From: Cenococcum geophilum
Taxonomy: Eukaryota
Assembly (NCBI GenBank): GCA_050273025.1
Contig: CP158636.1
Coordinates: forward strand, 8,122,001 to 8,186,000
Direction: 5' to 3'
DNA: 64,000 nucleotides
Positions 24,180 to 38,753 of this stretch are shown in pieces. The position numbers were made by a program, and so were the translations under genes. Numbering within the stretch: position 1 is the stretch's first letter; the number at the start of each line of letters is the position of its first letter. A model generated the notes under the pieces. The model had not been told where the DNA came from. It ran no database searches and worked only from the letters and a program-made list of their open reading frames with translations.

Positions 24180-27100
24180 TTAATAGCGGCGCTTACTTTT
24201 TGCCTGCGCTTCAGCTATAAGGCTGAGGTATTCCGCTTACGGTACTTATCTAGCAGTTATTAACAATTCTCAAGTTCTATCTCATATTTCCATTTATTGT
24301 ACTTATTTAACTATCCTAGCTATTTAATGAGGTACTATAGTTGTCTAGTACAATCCTAGTAGGCGACAATTGCTTCTACTTCCTAGCTGCCTTCCTTAAG
24401 CTCTTTTACTGCCGGGGGTTAAAACCTAGGGCGTGACCTATAAGGCTCTAGTAGGGAGATATGGAAGACTAGGTAAAGCCGTGCTATAGTAAATAGGAGC
24501 TTTAGCTTATATGCTTGCTGCCCTACGCGCTTTAGGATCTAAAACGGTCCTATAAACTTATAGTTAAGCTTTTTATGGGGACGTTTTATATAGATGTTCT
24601 TGGAGGAGAGTAGGACTTGTTTACTAACGGCGAAGTGCTTAGCCAGGTGGTGACGATTGTAGTATTTTACCTAAAGCTTTTAGGCGTATATTATTGACGC
24701 CGCCGCTGCCTTATATATAAGGCGCAGGCGTTATAGGTACGTCTCTACGAGTTAGATATTCATTAACTTAGATCCCTCCTTACCTTACTAAGCGTCTTAG
24801 ATGCTATAGGCGAGCTTAATAGGGGAACGCTTTGTTATAGTATAGACCTTAGAGTTATAGGTAAAGGCTGCTTCTTTAAGTAGGGAGGCCTAATTAGACT
24901 GTTCCCAGTTTGTAAATATACATAGGTATACTTTAAGCTCCTAGTTCTGACGCTCTGTTTAACTATCTATCTGCGGGTAGAATATAGTGCTAAGTTTACA
25001 TTAAACGCGGAGATGGTAGTACATAGTGCTCTAGTACTCGCTTATAAATACACTACCCCTATTAGAAACGATATTATTTAGAGGCCCTATTTATATAAAG
25101 ACTCTAAATAAGAGTTCTGTAAGTTACGTAGCATTAATTATCTTACATACTAGATAGTAGCGCACTAGCTTTATAAAACGGTCTATAAGGATAAGGACGG
25201 AGTTATACTCTACGCCATTAGGAGTCTTAAACTCTAGGAGATCCGTAATAAAGTTAAGTAAATAATGCTACTAGGCTTAGATAGGGACCTAGAGAGGCTG
25301 TAGCTTACTATAGGGTTTATGGCGGCGCGATTTAGAGCGTTAATAGGCATTATAATTATCTAGGTATTTGCGAAGGTCCTAGGTAAGGCCGTTCTAAGTA
25401 TACTTCTATATAATTACCTCGAAAGTACGGTTAAAACTATAGTGGCCGCCTATAGGATCGTTATAATTCCGCTTAAGGATCTCCTATTATAGTAGTGTGC
25501 AATTTAGCACCTAGACCTTATTGTTTTACCTTAAGAGTCCTTAATTATTAAGGGTGTAGTTCTTATTACTAGTAGGAACTCGTTTCTGGGTTAACTAATT
25601 ATATATAGAGCGTATAAAGGCGTCCCTTTTTTATACTCTATGAATAAAATTAACTAGTAACTCGGGGGGGTGTTCCATAAACGCTGTTTCGGCTAAAGCA
25701 GCTACTACTACCTCTTGCTATAGTATGAGACTCTACGCAAAGTCAGTGCTAGCAAAGTAACGTGTAATATATAGGTGACTTACTAGGTTATTACGGGGGA
25801 CCGTAGCCTAGGCTAAGGGGTCTTCCCTAGGGTTAAGCGCCATTAGGCCAGTTAAAGTAGTCTTAGAGAGAATAATAGGACGCTCTAGTCCGCCGGCGCC
25901 AAGTTCATAAGGGTTGCTCGTATACTGCACGTATGCTACTCGCTAGTTTAGTATAGTAGTACTAGGGCCGCCTATAAGGCCTATAACCCGCAACTTTTAC
26001 TATAATATAGGCAGTATAGCATTAAAGAGTGTCCTCTTGCTGCCATTTTTAAAGCCTTTAGTATAATCCGGGCGCTAGGATAGTGTATTAGCGGGATTTA
26101 CTTTGCCTAGCTTATATTTAATCTTAAAATTAAACTTAGCTAGTTCCTTAGCGTACCAGGCCTAATAAGTAGATAAGCTCTTAGTAGTTATAAAGTACCT
26201 AAGATTGTTATAATTGCAGAGCACGCGTGTCACATACACGGCGTATTTAAGGTAATGGCGCCATGTCTTAAAGCATTACACTATAGCGAGTAGTTCTTTA
26301 TTATGCGTATTATACCGTACTTTTAGGCTAGTAAGCTTCTAACTATAATAAGCAATTAGGTGCTAGTAGAGTTAATCCCCCTACCCTAAAGGCTATAGAA
26401 GTATACCGCTATATGTATAGTTAAAAGCGTTAGTAATTACCATTAGGGGTAGATTAGGGTTAAAGTGGCGAAGTAAAGGAGCCTATATAAACGCAGCGCG
26501 TAGCTTATAGAACGCCTGCTACGCGTCATTAGGCTAAGACTAAGTTTAGTACTATTTAGTAGGCCCTTTTAACTTACGCTTCTTCTTCTTCTCCCTATTT
26601 AACATTAGGTTATAATATGCCTATGTAAGATATACATACAGGGGGTATACGGTATCCGAGTAGTTCTAGATAAATCGCCTATAGAAGTTAGCAAAGCTAA
26701 GGAAGACCTAGATATCCCTATAGGACTTAGGCTTAGGCCATTCCTTAATAGCTTTTACGCGGTTAGGGTCTATTATAATACCCCTAGGGGTGATAATAAA
26801 ACCTAGGAACTTAACGTTCTTAGTGTAAAAGATATATTTTAATAGTTTGGCGTATAGGCCCTAAGCGCGGAGCTATCGTAGTACCTGCTTAACGTGCTTA
26901 ACGTGCTTATCCTTATTATTTAAGTAGATAAGAATATTATCTAGGTAAACTATATAGATGGTATCTACTAGGGTTTCTAGAGCTTTATAAATATAGCTTT
27001 AGAACGTTATAGGGGTATTAGTAAGACTAAAGGGCATTACTAGGTACTTAAAGTGACTATAGCGTGTCTTAAATGCGGTCTTCTATTTATCTCCCTTTTT

Positions 27101-28393
27101 AATATAAATTCTATAGTACGCATTACAAAGATCCAGCTTTATAAATATCTTCGTATAGTTAAGCCTATTAAAGAGTTCGCCGACTAGCGGTAGGGGGTAC
27201 CGATTTTTAATCGTGATCTTGTTTAGGCGTTTATAGTTAACGCATAACCGCATTATACCATTTACTTTCGGCATAAAGAGAATAGGCGCTTTAGTAGGCG
27301 ACTTACTAGGCCTAATCCAGCCCTTTTTAAAAGCACTGTCTAGGTACTCTTATAAGATCTACAACTCTTTCTATAAGAGGTTATAGAGGGGCATTTACGG
27401 TAGCGTTTTACCTTCTTCTAAGTTAATTATATAGTTATACTTAGAGTTCTGCAGTAGTATGCTTACTAGCTTATTAAAGAAGATATTAATTTCCTCCTTA
27501 TATATATCTGGTAGGCTAGGGGCCACGGAGGTTAAAGCGACTATTGTGTAATAGTGTGCTTCCAGGAGCCAGTGAAGAGAAGGGTGCAGCCGATATGCGT
27601 TTTATAGGTATGCTTGTACTAAGAGTATATACAGCTCTGCTGTAGTATACTCAATAGTTTTAGGGTTTTAATTACCTCCCCCTTATATATAGGTAATCTA
27701 CGCCGGCACCGGAGGGTCTCTATAGGTACTCGCTGCTAGTGACAGCAGGTCCTCTACTATGTTTATAATCGGTATCTCTACGTCTAGAGGGTCTGCACGG
27801 GTACTCGCTGCCAGTAATAATAGGTCCTCTATTATGTTTACAACCGGCATAAAGAAGAAGTCTTCTAGCCATAGCGAATAGACTATTTCGCTAGCCTTAA
27901 TGTCTGCTAGAAGAGCGTTAAGGGTGACTATCTAGAGGCGTCTAGGGTCCGAAGTACCCTAGATAAACTATTTAGAATGGAAGCTAATTAATAGATCTGC
28001 TTCCGCGAGCTAATCCTATCTAAGAACTATATTGTAACCATTAAATAAGCCGCCCTAAAAGGTTTGCGGGCTAATAGTGTAAGGGGTACCCTAGGAGTCG
28101 CTAGTGGTAACCGTTAGATTATAAGCATCCTGGATTATTATCTAGTTGCTATTAAGGAAACGTGCGATAGGTTTACGTAAATATAGCGCGTAGTGTATAG
28201 GCAGGTTAAACCTATAGACGACATCTTAATTAATAAGGTTAATTTGGCACCTATTATTATATAAAGTATATAGGCGGACTTCGCCCTAGGGCATATCTAT
28301 TGCAACGTGTACTATAATACGTTTCTTCTCTCCCTCTATATTAGGCCCTAGTTACAGTTAAGAGAGATACACTACTAGGGCTTTGGGTTTTCC
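24180..28393 (-). pseudogene. pol relic of F (PR, RT, RNase H, IN, chromodomain)
   Basis: Track ORF 27083-27274 (RLCVNYKRLNKITIKNRYPLPL) is a Gypsy RT fragment. VYLDD relic at ~26935-26950, HPQTDGQTE relic at ~24950-24980, chromodomain WEVEAIV..YLIKW at ~24290-24385. Confidence 0.88.
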
Positions 28394-29549
28394 GAAGCCT
28401 AAGCTAACTTCTCTTTATTAGCCTGCTTCCAGTATTCCTTATAGTGGCCGCCTACGGTCCTTTAACTTGCCTGCGTAGCACTGGCGTCTAGGGGGTCCCC
28501 TAAGCCATCCGGCTTTTAGGTAATTTCCCTAAAAGTTTGCTTAGAAAAGCGTCGCCCTTTTTAGGTTCTGTTCCCTAAGCCTAACTCTATAGAGCCTATG
28601 CTGCGACCGCGCTTTATACGCGATTTTTTGTAAGCTTTGTGGTATTAAGCAATTGCTCTATACGGCAGATTTCGTTAAAGAGGTCTTTAGTGGTTCTTAC
28701 CCGTTAGGCGAAGTTCTGGCGGAAGAGCTCTGCTTATAGGTAGGCTGGGAGATATAAGAACCAAAAGTCTACCTATTATTTAGGATTAATAAAAGGGGTA
28801 TATAAAAAGAGGTCCTCTAAGCTATATATATAGGCTAGGAAGACGTTAAACCTCTAGTTCTCCTTTATAACAGCCGTATAGTACGTTATAGCGTTATTAA
28901 AGCGTCTTACTATAGGGTTCCTGATCTGGTCTTAGACCATAGTCTTAAATTCGTCCTATAGTAAAGGACCCTTATCCTTAGTGCCTAACCGGCAATAAAC
29001 TAGTTGGGCGATTATCTTCTCTTTTATAAAACCTTTAATAGCCTAGCACGTGCGTCGCTTACAGTTATAGTTAGCGTTATTAACCTTAAATTAGTTCTTA
29101 ACTGCGGCGATCTACCGGTTAAAATGCTGTTAAGTAGTACCGCTAATATCGGGTGGTGACTTCTTAACCAGGGCGTTAAGATTTAATTAGCGTATGCGTT
29201 CGCTACGTAACTCGTACTCTTTATTAGAGAGGCGACGGGAGGGCTTTATTAAATCAATAATGCTCTATAAGTTGGCTATTTTCTTAACCAGCTCATCTAG
29301 CTCCTTTATATTAGCGGTATTAGGTAGGACGCTAGTAACCTTACTAAGCTCCTATTAAGCCTAGGTATATAAGTCAAACTAGTCTTTAGCGTTTATAGAT
29401 ATCTAATCGTTTTAAGATTTAGAAAATGGCTTAGATGCTACTAGTATGCTTCTAGTGGTTTTATCTGCACTAGATCCTAAGGCGTTCTGCAGTTACATCG
29501 CCAGCGTATTACCGTTAGGTATAGGCGTCAGTTTTCTTTTCGGAGGCAT
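28376..29549 (-). pseudogene. gag relic of F
   Basis: Starts ATG CCT CCG AAA AGA AAA (MPPKRK) at 29549. Ends near a GGAAAAC heptamer (28387-28393), a candidate -1 frameshift site. Confidence 0.75.
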
Positions 29550-29967
29550 TGTAGAAAAATTAAACCGGCTATCCTCCTAAGAGGATTGGTAAGGATTTAA
29601 ATATAAGGTAAGGATGTGGATAGGGAGTCCAATGATAGAACAATAGGTGTATTATATAGACAGAGACGAATCCTTAAGGGAAAAGGAGGAGTCTGTGTGC
29701 GAGGTAGGAAGGGTTTTCCCTAGGCACGTGTAGAGCACGTGCCTCACGGGCGAGTCACCCTTGGGTTGCCCCAGGGTCGCCCATACCTTGCGGCTATATA
29801 ACTATCTACTTAGGTTTTACCTAATATTAATTCCTTAAGAGTATCCGCATCTTCTATTAGAATAATTATATTTTAAACTTTTACTTTAAGTCCCTATTTA
29901 TATTATACTATAAGCGCTTTATTATTTTATTTAACTTATATAGCTAATATTTAGAACTATATTATAT

Positions 29968-32900
29968 TGTCGGTATACTCGCATTATTAACGTGCATAAA
30001 TATTACTTATAGTGGTACGTATGCGGTGTTAAAGTTAGTAGTTGTTAATATCTAGAAAATAGGGGTTTGCTCTAAGGTTAGATTAGCTAGTCTCGCTTTA
30101 TAGTCCTATAACCACGTTATATAACTAATATTCCGACACTAAAGCAACTCTAAGAAGAAGGCTAATCTATACTCTAAAGCCAAGTCTATTTCTAAACTAT
30201 TTATAGTATATACGCAATAGCTAAAGATCTAATTAATACGTAATAGTTTCCATGCTCCTCTTATAGGTCCGTAATTATATAACTAGTATTACAGCTTATA
30301 CTAATACCTTTAAACTAAAGCTTATAGAATACTGTATTACGGGGACACTAAGCTAAAAAAAAGAAGGAGAAGAATTATTAGGGGTAGCAGGTTAATATAT
30401 CGCGAGGGCCGCTAAGGCGCTAGTAGTAAGCGAGCTAATAGCAATTTTCTATCCTGGGGATAGAAAATCCTAATTGGCTAGTTAAATTTAGGGTCCGCAG
30501 AATATGGCGGGTGGCGTGCCCTAGTACCGTCACGACCCGTAAACTACCTTCTATTACTCCTTACGCTCTATCTAACCTACAGCCTATATATCAACTTAGT
30601 TTATATTAGTAAGTCGCTATAGGGCAACATAAGGCTTCCCCTTAGTTATCGCGTCCGTAAGATTAGCTTTACTATTAATTTATTTAACCTTTATAATCTG
30701 CCGACGTTTATAAGCTTATCGTAGGCACATTATATTAATTATTAATCGCTTCTTTTATGTGGTTCTAAGTCGTACAAGATAGTTATATAGCGACTTAGAA
30801 TCGGTGTATAGTATAAGTAGGAGGTTAATCTATAGGACCTTATCTATCGTAAACTTAATAGCAATGGCGATATTAAAGCCGTAAGCTATTCCGTAGAGTT
30901 TAGAAGCTAGAACGCTTTTAGTAACTCTTTTACACTTAATTAAGCTCTAATGGATAATATTAGCCTTCTTAGTTGCGTTAGCTAGTATAATAATATAGCT
31001 AATTTGTAAAGAGAGGTCCTTATTATTAGTAAAGGAAGCGTCTATAAAAACTAAGAGCTATAGGGTTTTAGCCTCTAATTTAATAAACTTAAGACCTTTA
31101 TATAAGTTCTAAATCTACTAACTTAGGCGCTTATTTAACTCCTTTATATCTACCTCCTTAGGATTAATTACCTAGGTAGTAATAGATAAGTTAAATAAAG
31201 CCTTTAGCTAACAAACTAAGGCGATATAAGCTCCTCTGGCGCGTTAAGTAATATACTAGTCCTTTAGCGTAAGTAGGCCACGCGTAACTCCTCTAAAGCT
31301 AGTACTATTTACTAGTATAGTATTAACCACACTAAGGTTCTTACACTAGCGCTTTTATGTTAGCGTAATATTCCTATCTTATACCAATTAAATAAGTCCT
31401 CTATTAAACTTAATTAGTGTATTAGTAGTTAGTTACTCTCGCTCCTTAGCTATAAATTTAGCCTTATATAGTTCGCTTTATTTAGCCTCTATAAAGGTAT
31501 TATCTGTAAAGAATAGCGTATTATTAGTTTATAGGCCAATGATTCTAAAAGGTTTGTTGCTGTAAAGTAAGTAAGGGTCGTACATGGACTAGTCCATTTG
31601 CAGCTAATTAACGTAGTATAAATAGTAGGTCTTAAACCAGTAGTTTCTAGCTTTAGGCACTCTATAAAGTGGCTTTATAATCTTTAGAATAGAGTTCTTA
31701 TTAATTCCCAATTATTTATTTAGCTTGTGTGGTGGTTGTATATAGAACTCGCGGTTTAGGTTCGTAGTAAACTAGATATAGGCTTATAAGATATCTTGGA
31801 GATAAAGTCGTGTCTATAGTAGTATAGCAGCGATATAGAGAATTAGCCGCTAGCTAACTTATTAAATTGTTAGTAACTAAGTAAGGACTAGCTCTTTCTC
31901 TAAATTATTATAAGCCTATATAATAAGTCGTGATTTCTTAAAGACTTTATTAGTTCCCTTATTTTTAATCTTATTAATAAACCGTAAATTAAAGAGTCTG
32001 ACCCCCTTTAGTATATTATATAGCTTAATAATCTTAAAAACGCCTTTCTTAAGTAGGCCTATAACCTCCTTTTGCCGTAAAGCGCTAAACTGGGTATTAC
32101 TATAGTTCTATAAATAAGTAGTAGTGTTAGCTATATCTACGGTATTATTATCCTGTAAGTAGATAGCGATATTAGCTATATCTGCAATATTACCTATAAG
32201 AGCACCTATATTTATTATAGCGTCCGTAATAGCTATATCTGTAATAGCTGTAAGCAATAGGTATTTATGGGGGCGACCTCTGCCTTACTTTAGCGATAGC
32301 TATAGTTTAGCTTTAGGTAACAATTAAGGTTTAGCTAGTGTAGGTACTAGTTTAGCTAATTTAACAGACTCTCGTGGTTTAACTAAGTCTTATAGGTCTA
32401 GTAGGTAAGGTTTTACAACTATAGAGCGGAAGGTTATAGGCCTATTTAGTAGCTTTATAGTATAGGTTTTACTATTAACGGCAAGTAGTATATATAGCCC
32501 GTTCCAATAACTACTTTAGCTAGTATTACCCTCTCTCTAGACTAAGATAGGCGAACTAGGTAGAAGGCCGTAAATAGCGTTAGTTTGTTATCTATTTCGC
32601 GTATTAAGAGCGTTAGCAATCTGTTGTTTAGCTTATAGCTTCTAGATTTCTACCATTACTTTCTTAATAGCCGCAGCTCGCTATACAACTAAAGGTAATA
32701 GTGCGTCCGATTTAACTATTTAGGGGTAGGCTCTAAAGACTAAAAGTATAGGGACTAGGCCTTCTAGGCCAGCCGTATTATTAATAGCTTTAAAAGCCAT
32801 TTATAGGGCCATCTCCTTGCTAATTTTAGGGATTTTAGTTATAATAATTTGGTAGGCTTATTATAGCGGACTATAGTAGCAGCGTAGTGCTTAAACTCCT

Positions 32901-35900
32901 TACTAATAAAGTTCTTCCTAGCGTCTATGGTAATTAAGTCTAGTAGTCCTAAATAGCTGTTAATCTAGCACATTTGTAGAACGTCCTAAGTGTGCTTAGC
33001 GCTAATATCTTATAGTTATCTACCAGCTTAAAATCGAGTTGCTTTATTAACTACGTATAGTAGAGGGGAGCCGCTAATATATATAATGTCGACGATAATA
33101 TTATAGTTAAAATTGACGTTATCTTATAAGGTGAAGCGAAATCTACTTAGAGATCTACTAAACTTCTAGCAGTAGTGGCAGAGTTTAGTTAGCTCTTTAA
33201 TAGCAGATCTATTAGTATTATAGCCGTAACTAGTCTTATTAAGAAGCTTTTATAGTCTATTAACTAACGGGTAACTAAATTAACGGTATAGACGTCGTAG
33301 CTCTACATTAGTTAAGTAGTAAGGGTTTGTGTTAAAAGACTTAACTAAATAAAACTATAAAAAGAAGCTCTATATAAGAAACGGGTAGCCAAATCGTCTA
33401 ACTACTGGCACCTTTTTAGTGCGAGTAATAATAACGTCTTTTAGGTTATCGTATTTAATATAGAGTTTATCTATATCTACTAAGCAAAGTAGAAAAGGAG
33501 TATCTGCTTTAAGGATATGGAATTATACCTTACCTATAGGGCTATTAACGTCTATAGTTCCAATAGACGTAGAGGCTCTAATCCCGAATTAGATAGTTAC
33601 TTAGCCCTTAGTTAACGTGTTAAGACTTATAGACTTATCTACGGCCTATAGGGCTTAGAATTAGCCGTAGCCAGCTATAGACTTGCGCGAAGCACCTATA
33701 TTAATTATAATTCCTATAAAGACCGTTAAGGTATATTATAACGCTATAGTTATAGTTATATTACAGGCAAATAGGTTAGTCTCCGTGTAAGGTTTTGTAG
33801 CAAACTCCGTGGTAAGTTCTAAAGCCGTAAGTAGGTATATATAAGCCTTATTAGCTAGCTCTACGCTTATAGAGGTTGCTTCCTCTATAGTAAGTATTCT
33901 AAAGGTAGTAATATAGGCAGAACTATTATTAGGTTCTCCGGCATTACTTTTAGAGTTGTTAGTGTCTTATATATAGGCTTTAAAGTCTAAATCTTTATCT
34001 TTATCTCTTTCGCAAGCAGCAACGTATTACTTAAAGTAGTTATTAAAGTTACCCTTATTGCGGCCCTTAATATTAATAAAGCGTCTCCTATAGTCGTCTT
34101 TAAACCGACTACGCTTCTCTTCTAAGTGTTTTTATAAACGGCAGTCCTCCTTCTTACAGACATAGCACTTAGCCTTTAGTCTGCCATTGGTTCTATAAAA
34201 GCGATTGCTACCATAACAATTAGTGTTTTAGTCTCAACTTTGGTTATTTTAATAGTAGCGTTAATCTGTAAAAAAGGGTTAGTGAGATAGTCTTATTAAG
34301 GCCTATAAGGGGTGTTCTTTTTTCTACGCGATAATAGAGGATTATAGCTTACTAATTAACTAAAAAAGGTCTTCTAAAGGGTTAGAGATAGTAATACGGC
34401 ATACTAGCACTCCCTAGTAAGTAGTAACTAATTTATTTATAAAAATGCGGTTTATATAGAAGTCTAGGTATAGTCTATAATGTTACTTTAGCAGTTTATC
34501 TATAAGTAGTTAGAAGTTCTAATAGATTAACTTATTAGGGTTCTCGTCCATAACTCCTTAGAGGGTTATACTATTCTACTTTATAAGGTTCTTACAGTAA
34601 TATTTTAGCCCTTTAAAGAACTGTTATATGTAGTTATAGGCTTTAGTAAAAGGTCTTAACTTAAGGTTACTATTATAGTAGTGGTCCTAAGCAAGCCCTT
34701 TTAGCATACTAGGGAATGCCACTACGTAGCTTTCTAGTGGTAAGCTAGATCTCTTATAGATATTATAAAAGATAGTTAGCTTAAAGTTAAAGCTATTACT
34801 AACTCTATCGTACTTTTAGTCGTCTATATAGATCTTTACAATTATAGCTACCTCCTTACTATATTTAGGTCCTTGCCTAGGTCCTTACTCTACACTAGGC
34901 ACAGCTAGTTTAGATAGTGTATATATATATAGCTGCTGCGGTTACTACGGCTACTATAGTTACTACTCTCTTAACTATAGCAATTAGTTAATAAGGGTGT
35001 AGATTTAGTTATAGTTAGAGGATTAAAAATTAGGAGGGGTAATAGGGGTAGCGATTAGAGTAGCTAACGGTGCGGCGATCGGAATAACTGGTAGTATAGC
35101 GGTTAGAATAGCTAGTAGTATAGTAGTTAAAATAGCTAGTAGAATTAGCGAAGTAACTAATAAGGGACTATAGAAAGGTATTAACGCCAGTAGAGCTATA
35201 GCAAGCTTATCTAGGGTTAAATTAAGTTGGTCTTATAGAGCCATAGTAATTATTAGCTTAATATTAATAAGGGCTAGACTAATTTCTTTGTCTATCTATT
35301 TGTAAAACTCTTCTTTATTAGCAACGTCCGTCAGCACCTTACTAAGGGAGTATCTCTTATCTTACTTAATAATATATACTCCTCTCTTAACTAAGTATTT
35401 ATAAATTTCTATTCTAGTATTAGATTATACTTATTTAAAGATCTCTAGTATAAAGTCCTTAAAGTCTTCCTAAAATACTATCCATAATAAATAGTCTATA
35501 AGGTTAAATCGTATATATAGGTATATCTTAGTCTCTATATACTCCGTTAAATTATTATCTATAGCCGTCTCTAAGTTAATTCTATAGCCATACTTAGCAA
35601 TTCTCTCCTTCTAATTAATTTCTATATTGTCATATCTTTGTATATATTATGGTTTAAGGTTAAGGTTTAAGGTAAGGGTATATACGTCCTCTACAGCCGT
35701 TAGGCCTGTAAAGTATTCTTAGCAAGATTGCTATTCTCTTAGCGATCTATTATATTAGCTATAAGGCTAGTATAAATTCTCTTAAGCTTAAGGGAGGTTA
35801 TAATCTTCTTTAAATAAAGATATAATTCTCTAGGCAATCTAACACGTTAGTAGTTAAGCTAATACGTAGTTTTAAGCTTTAAAGGTAATATAGCTTTCTC

Positions 35901-36175
35901 CTTTAATAAAGTAGGTAGGGTTAAGCAATCTATATACTGTTTCTAGTACGGTTCTCAAGCTCTAGCTTATTGCGTATTTCCTAATCTATATATCTACTAA
36001 TTAGTGTTAGTATACTCGCATTATTAACGTGCACAAATATCACTTATAGTGGTACGTATGCGGTATTAAAGTTAGTAGTTATTAATGTCTAAAAAATAGG
36101 GGTTTGCTCCAAGGTCAGATTAGCTAGTCTCGCTTCGTAGTCCTATAACCACATTACATAACTAACGTTCCAACA
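29968..36175 (-). mobile_element. Copia LTR retrotransposon C3 (GalEa-like), near full length; gag-pol relic ~30550-35640
   Basis: 171-bp LTRs 29968-30138 and 36005-36175. TSD TATAT. Colinear with C1, with a 67-bp integrase deletion at ~32880. Confidence 0.95.
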
Positions 36176-38753
36176 TATATACTTAATTACTAAAGTTTAT
36201 TATATTAAGTTTTAAAGCTTTTTTTTACTATAGTAGTTACTTTTAAGTTTCTAAATATTTATATTAGGCGTTTTACAACCCCGTTTTAACTAATAAATAT
36301 ATATTATACTTCTTAGTTGGTAGTTACTATACTGCTTTTCTATACCTCTATAAGGTAAGATTTAAATTACTTAAGCGTCCTTTTTAATAGGAATAGTCCT
36401 ATATAGGCTATTTAATCTATAGGTATTACTAGCTTCCCTCCTTTTTATATAACCTTAAAATATATCTATATAAGAAATCCTTTAAGTTTTAACTTTTTAC
36501 CTAAGAATCGCTTAATAGATAATAGCTTAATCTTTACTACTCCTATCCTATTAATCCTTTCTTTAAGTGTCCTATTATTATCTATTAATTAATTAACTAT
36601 AGCTTATAATTATCTAACTGTAACTAGTTAAGAGTTAGTATTTATTATACTAGTGTTATTACCTAATCCTAATATAGTTGCTACTATTAACGGCGTTATA
36701 ACTACTGCTTTTAGTAGTATATTATTTAACTTCTTTTACTATAACCTTAGTAGTAAATATATAACAAAGCCTTATAGGAAATACTATAGTAGATTTATTA
36801 ATAGGCTAAGTATATAGGTATAGAATAGTTAATAATATAAATATAACTAGTAGAGTAGTTATCTAATAGATTAACTCTAATTATTACGGACCTTATATTA
36901 GTAGTAGTAGCACTACTAAAAAGAGATATAAATAGACTAGTAGTAGAAGCTTAGGAGGAGCTAAAACTAGTTAAGCTATAGAATAAGGGGTAGCTAAGTT
37001 ATATAGCTAGTTACGTTATAAGTTTAAAACGTAAGAATATAGAAATATAGAAACGTAATATACTAATATACTAACGTACTAATATACTAAACCTTTACTA
37101 TAGGGAGGAGTTATATATTTAAGGATAGATAGTCTCTATAGATAGTTTCTCTTCTTTATAGTAAATCTTAAAATATAATTAGAGTTAATCTATTAAGTAA
37201 CTACTCTACTAGTTATATTTATGTTGTTAACTATTCTATACCTATATATCTAGCCTATTAATAAGTTTACCGTAGTATTTCCTATAAGGCTTTATTATAT
37301 ATTTACTACTATAGTTATAGTAAAAAAAGTTAAATAATATGCTACTAAAAGTAGTAGTTATAATACCATTAACGGCAGTAACTATATTAGGATTAGGTAA
37401 TAATACTAGTATAATAAATACTAACTTTTAGTTAGTTATAGTTAGATAATTATAAGCTATAGTTAATTAATTAATAGATAATAATAGAATACTTAAAGAA
37501 AAAATTAATAGGATAAGAGTAGTAAAGATTAAGCTACTATCTATTAAATAATTCTTAGGTAAGAAGTTAAAACTTAAAGAATTCCTTATATAGATATATT
37601 TTAAGGTTATATAAAAAGAAGTAAAGCTAATAATACTTATAAATTAAATAGCCTATATAGGACTATTTCTATTAAAAAGGGTACTTAAGTAGTTTAAATC
37701 TTACCTTATAGAGGTATAGAAAAGCGGTATAGTAACTACTAATTAAGAAGTATAATATATATTTACTAGTTAGAATGGGTTTACAAAATACCTAATATAA
37801 ATATTTAAAAACCTAGAAGTAACTACTATAGTAAAAAAAAGCTTTAAAACTTAATATAATAAACCTTAGTAATTAAGTATATAATATAGTTTTAGATATT
37901 AGCTATATAAATAAAATAAAATAATAAGGCGCTTATAGTATAGTATAAATAGGGACTTAAAGTAAAAGTTTAAGATATAATTATCCTAATAGAAGATACG
38001 GAAACTCTTGGGGAATTAATTAATTAAGTAATTAAAATTAATAATAGGATTTATTAAAAAGAGTAGACTAAAAAGGGTTAGGATAGAGTTTTATAGTTAT
38101 ATAAGGCGCAAGGCATATAATAATAAAGTTAAAATTAAAAACTATAGTATAGCGCAGAGCTAATAAACCTAAGTAGTATTAAAGAAAATATAAAATAAAA
38201 TAAAAAACTATAGAAACCTAAAGAATAAGGTTTAAGTAATTAAAGGTTTAAGAAGTAGAGGCTAAACTAGAAATCTTAATAGTAGAAGATATTTAGGCGG
38301 ACTCTATAATAATAAAAATAGTTTAAAGAAGGAGCTTATATAAATTATAAAAAATAAAATTATTTTATTAAAGACTATAGAAGTAGTTAAGGTTATTATA
38401 TAGTAAAAGAAATAAAACTAGTAGATAATATATATATATAAAGGGATAATAATATACTATAAGGAATAAAAAAATATTTAATTAAAAGTTTTTTATTTTA
38501 CTATAATAATATATACTAAATTTATAAGGATGCTAAATATAATATAAGCTATTAGCTATAAGAGCTAAAATTAATAGAGTTTAGAGGAACTAATAAACTA
38601 TTTTATAAATTAGATATTAAAGATAATAAGTTTAATATAGGCGAAATTTATAATAATAATAAGGAAATAAAGGTAGCTTATTAGGAGCGTATAAACCTTA
38701 AAAATATTATAATAGAGGTAAAGGATAATTCTATTATAAAATAGGGAATATTA

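Larger units (their letters stand above)
23068..29826 (-). mobile_element. Gypsy/chromovirus LTR retrotransposon F, full length
   Basis: LTRs 23068-23297 and 29602-29826. TSD TTAAT. Polypurine tract (C-run on + strand) at ~23300-23310. Confidence 0.95.
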
